DNA of 64,000 nucleotides, taken from assembly GCF_964204645.1 (NCBI RefSeq), contig NC_134036.1:5610600-5674599 (forward strand), in the 5' to 3' direction. Positions 25,241 to 36,700 of the stretch are shown here, one piece after another. The position numbers and the translations under genes were made by a program. How positions within the stretch are numbered: position 1 is the stretch's first letter; each line of letters starts with the position of its first letter. This DNA is from Tubulanus polymorphus. Lineage: Eukaryota; Animalia; Nemertea. The notes below the pieces were generated by a model. It saw nothing but the letters and a program-made list of their open reading frames with translations, made no database searches and had not been told where the DNA came from.

Positions 25241-26554
25241 TCTGTATCTTCCGCAAGCAAGAACTTTAGATTGAATTAGATCGAGCGAAAATGTTCGAGA
25301 TCTCGCGGAAGTGAAGAACAGAACCGCGATTACGAGTAAGAGTTTATGCGGGCGGTTTTGATATGATTTCGCACGTTCTCTATAGAGAGCCGCTTTCAAA
25401 ACGGATCGTGGCAATATAACGTAAGTTTCTATTGCGGTCGGGGAATAAAAAGTAGCGGTTGAATCGAAACGTCAACATAACTCTATTGCTTTTCTTTCAA
25501 GAGGAAAGACTTGTCGCTTGTCTATTGAAACTATTCTTTAGAGATTTTTTCGTCGTTATTAGATCATAAAATAAAGATGGCGGTTCCGACGTCGAAATTG
25601 AGAGGACACCACCAAACGTATACGACGAAGAATCGATTTTATCGATTGAAATATAGGTCAATAAACGTCTAGACTATTTCTTGAACGTCGAACAACGTGA
25701 ATGTATCATAACTATCGTTATACAACCCACGTCCGTGTAAACTCTACCAGTGTTCTGTGTTGGGTTTCCATACGCGAAACGATACTTGCTCCTCGAGAAG
25801 ACCTCTAAAAAACCATAGTTATTAAAACTGTTAGTGATTATTGACTGAATTTTGACTCATCTGTATGCGAGCAATTCTCTACGCAATTTACGAAATGGCT
25901 CATGGAGTATCAGTCAAAACGCCAAACGCCAAACGCCAAACCCCAAACCAGGCCTACCGTCCGAGTTTTACTTCGTTATCGAGGGCTTTTTCCAATCGAA
26001 TCGAAGAGGTTGGCCTCTAGGACTGTTGTACTTATCTTGTGAAATGTGAACAGTTCTTTCTTACAGTAGTGTCTTTTTCACGGTCAGTCTATGTTTTAGT
26101 AAATACTCGATTGATGCGCACTCTGTATTAACCTGTCGTTTAGGTAACGAAAACAATTGAGAAAATTCCAATTTCATTTCAATTCCAATTTTATCTATTT
26201 GAACACAGCTCGAAGATATGTACTTGAAGACAGTGGTATTTTTCTTTGTAAAAAGCATATATTCCGTGTATAGTTATGTCTCGTTGTATAGTTTATCATA
26301 CAGTCTCTCATGATTTCGAATTGAAAATACCTCTTGAAGTTAATAATTCACTTTGAATACCCCCGGTGTATACCCCTCGTGTCGAATTGAAAGACTTCGA
26401 AATTAATTTCAACTTCAATTTCTCTAACGATAGAGGGTGCGTCGATCTCCGTTCACCTAGAAATAGATAATCGTCGTTCGCGTCGAATAAAAAACCGAAA
26501 AGGGAGAAACGAAACGAAAATAGATGTCAAACATTTTTTTTTCTAGGTTTTAAG

Positions 26555-27148
26555 TCACCAGGAACACATTGGACAGTATTGTTTGAAACAGTTGTTCATG
26601 CATTCTGTCGGCCCACGAATACAGTGATAGCAGTCACTCATTTCACAGTGTGTACAGATCAATAGAAGCCCCAAGTTAGCGTGAGTATAAGCAGTGACCA
26701 TCAGCAAAACTAAAACTACCAGATACTGAAAATCATTAAAATCATCAAGTGCTGCACATTTTCTGAGTGAAACATATTACTCATACAAAACATCGATCCA
26801 AAAATGTCTCAATTTATACACGTATGAATGTAGAAACAGGAACGGATAGAGGCGACGACGGGCACATGAGGATTCTACCCGTAGGAGGTAACGGTCCACT
26901 AGGCGTCTCAGTTGTGGATGGTAGATCATCAACTACTGCGGCAACAATGCTTTTACTCGCGGCCGAAAATAGGATTCACCAGGTATCGCCAGTGAGCAGT
27001 AGGCCATCAACTGCGGCAGTAACGGCAGCTTCGGAACGAGACGCGATACGATTCACCAGTCGTCGCTAGTACAACATCAATTACTCTGGAGATGTTACAA
27101 TTTTACAACAGATCTATCATAACGTTAATACATTACCGTTGAAGACAT
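26555..27148 (-). CDS. Secreted 8-Cys peptide precursor, paralog 4 (exons 27148-27137, 26725-26555; 60 aa: MSST|YLVVLVLLMVTAYTHANLGLLLICTHCEMSDCYHCIRGPTECMNNCFKQYCPMCSW)
   Basis: Not in the ORF track; found by flank homology. ATG TCT TCA ACG|GTAATG, TTTTCAG|TAT, open frame to TGA, CxxC-x4-CxxC-x6-CxxxC-x4-CxxC, TATAAA at 27255-27260. Confidence 0.85.
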
Positions 27149-27297
27149 TTTCCACCGATTCTTCCAGGTCTCAGCTCAAACGTGTTTGTGAAGTCTACAA
27201 ATTCCTTCTGACAACCGCGTGTACGTGTACAACGGTGCGACCAAACGATAGCAGTTTATATGGAGAGACATAATATTTTGATCGAACTATTGAAATC

Positions 27298-27866
27298 AAG
27301 CAGACGTTTCAATTGGGTTCAATTCTCTTTGTCTCTATCACTCAGACGCACTCGAATCGGTATCGTATATCACCATCGCCCGATATCATATGCGTTAAAT
27401 TTTAGCAGCTGTGTTAGGAGTATTAAGAATTTTCCGATGTTTCCGAGTTGAATATACTAAGCATTTTAAACTATTATCACATATTCTTCAATAGCCGTCT
27501 TCTAGATAAGAGTAATATCGTTCTCGAATCTTCGAATTCATCGAGACTGCGACGGTCGTCATTTGTAAATGAGTTGAATTTTACAAATAGCTGGCTTTAT
27601 TGATAATGAGAAAAGTCGTCGCTATATAATCATAAAATCTAATGGAATCATATTGAATCAAAAAAACCACTGTGAACTAGACGGTCGCCATGGACTCATA
27701 GTTATTTCACAGAATAGTTGACGTATTCGAAAACGAGAAATTCGCCGAAAACCCAGTTATTTTTTGGTGTTTTCGTGCGGCTTCTTAACGTTGTATTAGA
27801 TTATGGCTGGAATATAACAAGACACTCTGAACCAGTGAAATCTGTGTGCATAAAGTCCATCCTATT

Positions 27867-27916
<50 letters not shown>

Positions 27917-29230
27917 GGATCTTATATAGCGCTAAATCAGCTAAGCTGCTCAAAGCTCTTTACATATATTATAAAATGCCTCCTTAAAAAGGAAGCATTT
28001 TAGCTGCTTCCTGAATTGATGTAATGAAGTGATAGCACGAAGGCTAAACGGAAGCTGGTTCCACAATTTTGGGGCGCTGTTGGAAAATGCCCGACTACCT
28101 GCAGATTGACTATGAAACAAAGGGACAACTAGCAGAAACTGATTGGCTGATCGAGTGCACGAGGTGGTGAGTAAAGTGTAACAAGTCCAGATAAGTATGG
28201 AGGAGCTGAATTATGTATAGCCTGGAAATTTAGCACAATAACTTTAAAACGAATGCGGTATGCAACTGGAAAACAGTGTAGGTCATGCAGAAGAAATGAA
28301 ATGGATGAAAACTTGTTAGAGCGAGAAATTAGACGTGCTGCATTGTTTTGCACTCTCTGAAGTGGTTTGAGGGACTTTGTAGGGAGCCCGTTAAGCAAGG
28401 AGTTGCAGAAATCAAGACGTGAAGTAACCAAGGCATGGACATAAATACCAGTTTTAAAGCAGTTACCGAGAACACCACACAGAAATAAAACCTTGGATCA
28501 CAGGATGTTTGTGTAGGATATCTCACGCAGGTTTATGTGTGTGACGTCATTTGTGTGTCAAAGAAATGTTTCCGAGAATTAATTAATTAATTTCATTAAC
28601 ATTGCCATTTTCTTTGATAACGAAATCCAGTTCGAATCCGCAGCAATGAATTTTTAGTGCCAATGTGAACTGGCGCGGAAAGTCGGTATCGCGGCTTTGT
28701 AACTACTTGATTTCTTCGTTTATAGAGTCCATGGCTCATAATCCTTTCATAAATGTGAGGGAACTAACAGTAACATGCATCTCGAATAAACTAGTAAACT
28801 CTAAGCCTACATCCATTGAGAACTTCAGGGAATACGATAATTTTAGCCAATTTCCAGAAACTGTTCGACTCTGCTTTGCAACTGTATTTGGTTTTTTCAT
28901 CCCTTTTCTCGATTTTAAATAACCGCATGTTCGTGAAATCAATTTTGAATTCAATTTGGTTTCTAAAACTGACAAGTTACTTATTACGATCTTATCGCTC
29001 CCTATCGCTTCAACATTCTGAGAACCGCGATGTCGCTATAGACAGAGATAGGGTGGACAAAGACTTTGTAAAAACCGCTTAAAACTCCAATTATTTCTGC
29101 AAAATTAATAATACTTTATTTTCACAGCTGATTAATTTCACTGCTTATGATAACATTTGACAGTAACATACGATACCGGTTCGAGTACGTATGAGTGATA
29201 GAGGGAATTTGAACAGATCAAACATCTGCC
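27298..29230. mobile_element. Third complete copy of the IR-bounded upstream element, interrupted by a LINE
   Basis: IR cores at ~27333-27368 and ~29167-29203. Confidence 0.5.
27871..28451 (-). mobile_element. 5'-truncated L2/CR1-group LINE with (ATT)n tail and TTTTAA target-site duplication
   Basis: ALVTSRLDFCNSLLNGLP...LQRVQNNAARLI...LHCFPVAYRIRFK is a typical L2/CR1 ORF2 end. (AAT)n at 27868-27914. TTTTAA at 27865-70 and 28452-57. Empty site at ~1934. Confidence 0.88.
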
Positions 29231-30236
29231 TCACTCCATTCAATTGTTATTGATTATGAACTGTCACTCACTCTCCGGTTCTCTCCTTCCCTCTCTATTC
29301 CACCTGCAAACTCGTTGATATGCGTGAAGTGGAATAGCAGAATAGGAATGAACATTACATCGACTTCACTAATGCCAGAGAGATCTGAGATCTAAACAGT
29401 CGCTAAAGGTTTGATAATAATTCGATAATAATTCATTATCCCTTAAATCCGTATACAATATGCTCATTGGCTCTACAGCATATATTAAGGGGCTAGAGAA
29501 ATAGAAAACTAAATCGAGTTTCATAGAAAGCTTTGATGAACATCAACACGAAGTTATCATGAACGTAATATATCAATTGTTCTCTTCTCTAAAACTAGGG
29601 ATTTGTGTATTGTCGCAATAGTTGCTGTCCTACAGTGCACTAGCGACACCTTTTGGATACATACTTGTCATAAATGAATCCTCCTTTGATGTAGTAGTTG
29701 GTGTAGTAAGGATTATTACTTCATTTTCACCGTTAAGAATATTTATTACATTCCGACCGTATCCGTGGTATACGAAGGGAAATATAATCTACAATTAACC
29801 ACAGTATGGATAATTGTACCGGTACTTAAAATCTTAACGGTACGGACACTTATACATATTATTTACAATAGAAAACTAGTGCCAGATACAAACAAATATT
29901 ATCGGGACTCGTCCAGCTAACGGCTAAACTCGCCGATTCATAGATACTACTTTTTAACATGTAAAACTAGCCTGATTGCGTACGAACGTGCTATACGGTG
30001 ATACGGCATAACATATTTATGATTATGAAACCTAGTCACTACTGGTTACAGAAGCAATAGAAAAAAATACGAACGACAAAAGTGGTTTATATAAGAAAAC
30101 CATTGCGATGAACGCAGTAAAATAGAAGAGCAGAAAACACGTAACGGCAATGCGAGACACAGGTGGTATGAAATACTGGTCCATCGTTTAGTTGAAACAA
30201 AGCTGATGAAAAACGAATTCGATAATTGCACAACGT

Positions 30237-30494
<258 letters not shown>

Positions 30495-30509
30495 ATCCGC
30501 TATACATAT

Positions 30510-30960
30510 AAAATATGTGCATATTTTGTTCTGCATTCTCACTATTCGGTCTTTGTCTTTTTTTAAATACATTATATCCGTGTATAGTTCTGTCTTGTTG
30601 TATTGATTTTGTTATAGTCTCTTATGATTTCTAATTGAAAAAAAATACTAAGTAAATACTTGACTTCCCCTCGTGTCGGCTAATTCCAATTTTATTTCAA
30701 TTTCAAATTTTCAAACACGAGGGGGTGCCTCGATCTATCTCAGTTCGCCTAGAAATAATAATTTTGATGAGAAATGGACCCTCTATTTCCCTAACCCTAT
30801 AACCTCTATTTACACCGATGTATACGTACATATACATGTACAGCAAAGAAAAGTATGATATATTTTAACTTCCGAGTGATAGAGGAAATTCGAACCGGTA
30901 AAACATCTGCATAATTTCGATATTTTGATCAAATATGAACGCTCCTTCTCTATATTCAAC
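30510..30960 (-). pseudogene. Relic of another peptide-gene unit (3' flank plus right IR, coding exons lost)
   Basis: 30510-30760 matches the peptide 3' flank (170-450); 30873-30912 matches the right IR (GAGTGATAGAGG...AAAACATCTGC). Confidence 0.5.
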
Positions 30961-33024
30961 CTGCGTCATTCCATTCGCGAATTTGTATGCGTATATATGC
31001 ATGCAGTAAATAATAGTACAACACATTAGATCGACTTCACAAACGCGAGGCATCTTTGAACAAAGCGACGCAATCGCAGAAAATATGACTTTGTCAAAGG
31101 CAATGTGCTACCCGATCGAAATACTACGCATCCCTCCGCTAATTCAATTGTTTATGTCCTACTGCACACTAGCGACGCCTTTTGAATACATACTTGCCAC
31201 GAGCGGAATCCGCCGTTGATGCGTAGTTGAATTCCTGCTGCACACTGATGCCACCTGGTAGTCATTTTGAATTCTAGAATAATAAGAGAACACATGAGAT
31301 AACGTAAACAACTTGATATGAAATTTCTAATTTTCTTCCGAAAAATACTTACCCCGGTGTTGCGTCAATTGATTCACCAGGAAACTGATATAGAGCCTCT
31401 CAATGTTGCTACCGCCAGAGACACCAATAGTCACTGCGGCAGCGCGCGCACGAGAAACACAAGCGAATTTGGAAACGTGGATTTATTCATTTAGAAAATA
31501 TCACTCGTTCAAACGTCGCGGATATACAGATGTCGAGTGCTGCAATTCCAATACTGTCTTATCCAGCAAAAAATCTCAGTAGATTTTCAGCCCGTTAAAT
31601 CTCAAGTTATCGATAAGTTAAAGTTGGCTTAAAAACGTGGACGTACACGGATAACGGATAGCGGGTAAAAGTGAAATTGAATAATTAGCAGCAAACCTCG
31701 CCCAACTCGACGAACTCGATATTTAAGTCGGTTGAAACCGAAATCATTTCCCGACCTATCGGCGCATTATCCGACCCTTAACTCAGACAATATTTTCCGA
31801 TTCCATGAACTGTTGAACTTGTATTTTCAACTTGTGGCTTCCGCGGTATTATTTATGAGGAAAAGATCAAAAGTCGCTGCTATGGGAGATGATGGCTGCT
31901 CCAATGCAGGCGTCAAAAATAAAAAGCCTGACATACCTGTCCAGGCATTCTGTTGTGTTTTACATATTGCATTAGTTAGTCATTCGACAGTCTTTCACAT
32001 TTGTAAGGTTTATCAGCTAGGAGTTCGACCATCATTCGGTTTGAAAAATATCCATATTAGGCATTCTATTTCAATTCGACCTTCCTGGATGTGTGTGCAA
32101 CGCGAGGCATAAATCATCAAACACAGTAACTTGATTTAATCATGATAGTTTTATCATGATTAGTTGTGATTTAATCGCATTTAAAGGGTTGAATAAGCTG
32201 TATAAAACCGGCCCATATCAGTAAAAGAATTATGTTCTGACTAAAGATTTTGGAAACAATCTGATAATAAGCACTGACTTTACCTTCCATTACTGTACAA
32301 AGAATTTCTTCAATTTCTTCTAGGATGGTTCCTGGAAAAATGATGATGATGATTTGATAATAATCTTTGAAATTGATGTGTGGTATTGATTACGGAGACA
32401 TTTCAAAATCATAGGTTGCATTTTTAACTAAAGCCAAGTTAAATTCTACTGTTTTAAGTTAATGAATGAACAATGTTTGCAATGGGTCAGTGTTTTAAAG
32501 TTATGGTCGATGCTGAGTTATTTCTTTTAACATCAAATTTTTTAAACTTTAAGACTATTCTAACAGCTGTAGATCTGGGTTCTGAAAACACAAAAAACAA
32601 TCCTAAACTGATTTGATATCAAAATGAATTTCTGAAGAAATTCAATCGATTTTTGAGTTATACTTTTCTGATGAAACTGGATCTAGAGCATTTTAAGTTT
32701 ATCCCCGTTATAGAACTTGCACGGCACTCAATTGGGTCAAATCCGAAACTTCATAATCTATGTGACTATCTGCGGAGGTTTAGTAAAGTATGAGTCGAGT
32801 CAGTTTCTCAAGATGTTCAAACAAATAAAATGACATTTATGGATCCTGGTTTTAACATAATCCAGGATCTGCTTCGTTGCTTAGGTTTATGATTTCGTTG
32901 CGTTTGACAAACATATTGAAAATGAAATGAAATAAACATTTCAATTCTAGGGTCAGACTTAAGCGACGAAAGGCAAGGTGGTTTTCGGACCAGTTTTGTG
33001 GGTGGTTGTCGAATATATATCCCA

Positions 33025-33129
33025 GGGCCCGATTTTGTAGACCGGTATTACCTTTATCCCGGGACTAACTAAATTGAAAATAAATTAACCCCGGGGTTAG
33101 AGGTATTTACTGTCTATAAAACCGGGCCC
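33025..33129. mobile_element. ~105-bp hairpin/MITE
   Basis: GGGCCCGATTTTGTAGAC...GTCTATAAAACCGGGCCC termini. Absent at the homologous position upstream of copies B-D. Confidence 0.6.
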
Positions 33130-33748
33130 GATGGGGTGTATCAAGAGGTGTATAGTTGAGTCTTATTAGCCTGATAATCCCGGAATATTTCTAATCCAAG
33201 TCATTCCTTGATAAGACAATTTGATATATCCATAGTTGTTACGCTGGTTTGTATATGTTTTCGAACTTTACTTTCATTAATTCTACATTCGCAAAATTAT
33301 GGCCTAGCTATTGCCAGTGCGTTACTAGTCTGAATGATGTGTTGAACATAGACACATACACGCGCGCAGTGCATCGGCGAAAATATCAACATATCACACG
33401 TAAATTCAGAAACACATCAACGAAGTGAAAATTAATTTCAGCATTTTTAAAAAATATAATTTTACATGGATAGTTACGATGCGTGGACAAATTACGCCGA
33501 TAATTGTTGCTCGGTGACGGTAATTACTGGGAATTTAATCTATAACAAGTCGGAGCGAAAACTAATGGAAAAGCGGATAAAAATATATTTGAAAATAAGT
33601 GGATTTCAAAATTGCTGAGTGAAGAAAATGATAAATTTCTTGAGTAAGAATGTAAAGTTCTACATCACTTGCGAATAGATTTTGAAGGTATGTGGACAGC
33701 AGAGCAAAATTGGGGTAGTTAATGAATTTCGTTCATTCTGTCGCGGTG

Positions 33749-36700
33749 ATGTTGTTCGGTATGGAGCAGCGACTGAGAGCGCTGTTTATAGCGTCGCTGA
33801 TCGTCTGTCAAGTTCGCATCGCGCGCGCTGATCGCGCAGACTCTATCGAGGAATCGTCTGTGACGGTAAGTTCGTCTTGTAACAACACGTGGTACCCGCT
33901 AGATTCTACGTCCGGTTACATCGTTTCACCGAATTACCCTTCGTTAACGCGCGGCGTTGAATGTCGTTGGTTCATCAACAGCTCTTTACCGGGAACTTTT
34001 CACGTCCAAGTTTACTACGATATCGAGTTATCAATTTTCTGTAGTGATAACTACCTTCTCGTCAACGAGTCTGATAACAGACAATGCGGCAATGGAAAAC
34101 ATGAAATCCGCCGTAACGACTCGATCTCGTTGATGTTTAGGAGTAACGTCGATGGTGCGCGAGGAAGTCGGGTTTTTGCGATATATCGTTATGAACGAAA
34201 CAGATTGAGAATCAGCCACAACTGCGGGAAACATTGGTTGACATTAAACGAACTATATTCCTCGACTGGTTATAAATTCTTTACCAAAACACCATTCAGG
34301 TGTCAGTTGTTCATGGAATGGGTCGGAATATCACGCGGTCATGCGTTGAATGTCACGTTTATTCAAATAGTGTTTAAATATATAGGCCTATTTGCTTATT
34401 CGATACAAATTCAAATCCATGACGGTTGGAACAGAAACAATGAACCGATAGCTGTTATACGGGAACAATCCGGGCAACCGCCATCATCATTTTATACTAA
34501 AACAAACAAAGCAGTCATCTCTTCACTGAATCCGATTTTTTCTGTTAAACTTCAATTCAAGTTATTAGTTCAGATTTACAAAATATCAGATTGGAACGTG
34601 TCTAATCCGTTGATTCAGATCTCTAATCACGAGTCGGGAGTGCTCATTCCCGATGACAACAGTTTACACGTAATAACTCGATCAAAACACTTACACTGCT
34701 GGTCTATCACAGTGCAGGTGTTACAGTACGTCGTCTTCAACTGGCCACGTGATCTCGCCATATCCGGTGACGTCATTGGTGTATATAAACTAGAAGGGTT
34801 ACGCGTTGTAGGAACTGATATTTTACTCGGTTACAACTACCTGCAATCACTGAGTGTCAAATCTGACGGATTTCAGATCTTACTGTGCGTCTTAATGAAC
34901 AGTGAACTAACAGGATCACCGATAGAAATTCACTTTAAATTGAGATCACTATCGATAGCAGATGTACAGGTGAGTAGAAACTAAAAAATATTTGTAAATT
35001 CATCAGTAATTATCGTGAAATATTAACTGACCTATTGACAACATATTTACAGGGAAAAGAGGCTGGATGGATTTCCTCGCGATCGAAGATAGGGACATTT
35101 AAGTACGACGTGAAAACGTTCGCATCCAAACAGAAAGTCGATATCTATGAAGAGGATATGGAACTAAGAGTTTTATCGAGGAATTGCGAGCGAGCTGGAT
35201 TTTACATATTCGACGGTGGTAATTTCACGGCTAGACGATACGGTCCGTATTGTCCGGTGAAACGGGGGAGATGCTATCGTAACGTCGGCAGTCTGATTTC
35301 ATCAGGTGGATCGGTTACTGTAGTAGGATACGCTTATAACTGGGACGATAAGTTGAATATCGATGTGCATTCACACCTCAGATTTCGCCCTACCGACTGT
35401 GACGGGTATGTTTTAAGGGAGGGAGAACGTCAGATCAATATGACGTCACACTGTCTCGTGATTACACCCGAAAACCGACGCCTTCCTTTGAGAAACATTT
35501 ACATATTATCAGAACACGAATATCGAATTGATGCTTACGCGGAGGAAGAGTGTGTTTTCATCAAATGACAATTAGCAACAAATTTCTCAGTGAAAGCACC
35601 GTGTTGAGCACAGTGTCTTTAGGTCCTGGGGTACCGTTTTCTGCATTACCGTTTCTCAGACTGCGTCATAAATGTCTAGTATCGAAAAAACCCGTTGAAA
35701 CATTAGTACCTCGAAGGGGAGGAATTATAAATGCAGAAAAAGATGAATGCGGATTGGTTCAAACACCGGACTACCCGGCATGGGAAATGGAAATCGAAAT
35801 TCCATTATACTATGTATTTGATAATGTGTGGACACAGGGGAATGAATTTACATATTACAGGTTTATCATAAAATTTATTGAACCTATCAGTTGCGTAAAA
35901 AGCCAAGTTCATAAAAAATATCCGATACTTTTTATTCAACGATTGCAGCCAACAGGCGTTTTGATACGTCGTGAAATATGCGGACACATGGCAATGATAG
36001 GACTTGTATTTCATAGTTTGGTTGATTCTAGTTTGTATTTTCGATTAGAACATTCTATTCCACAATTTAAAATACAATATAATACATACCGGTCGTTAAC
36101 CACGGAGCATTTGAATGGTGTTGACTGTAAACGTGGATTTATATACTCGGGAATTTCATGCGTAAAATACATCCGTGATAAACGTCTGAATTGGGAGAAT
36201 GCTGAATTGTATTGTAAACAGAAGTACGCGGGACATCTACTCAGTATCAACTCAGAACAGGAAATGATTTCTATTAAAACACTATTCGCTACAAAATTTT
36301 TATTTACTGCTTATTCACAGAATGCGCTTGTAGTGATGATTGGATTAAAGCTGCGGGTAAGTTTATCAATAACATTTTTTGGTGTTTCAAGTTCACTTTT
36401 TCCTTTTTATTTCTAGTCTAGAACTGGTTATTACACGTGGACTGATGGTAAACCATTGAGCTACACAGAGTGGTATCAACCTACAAATAACGACACGATA
36501 CCAGAAGTTATTCAAGGATTGATATCTCCTCTCAGGAAACAACCGATAAATGACGTCAATATGCCGTGTGCAGCGATGATACTGAATAATCCCCGAGGAT
36601 CAGCGAACTGGGTTCGATTCCCCTGCAAAATTGAAGAAATTCACACGAGTTTCATTTGTGAAATAAACCGAATCGATAGGGTGAATTCGAAGAATTCTAA

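Larger units (their letters stand above)
18830..25990 (+). repeat. Recent segmental duplication of window 1-~6770 (peptide + MITE + methyltransferase)
   Basis: Near-identical sequence at offset ~18829-19145 with reciprocal deletions. Identity drops after ~25560. Confidence 0.92.

Noticed and set aside
31732-32112. 126-aa ORF between the clusters
   Set aside because: TTG start, no recognisable motif, no paralog or splice support.
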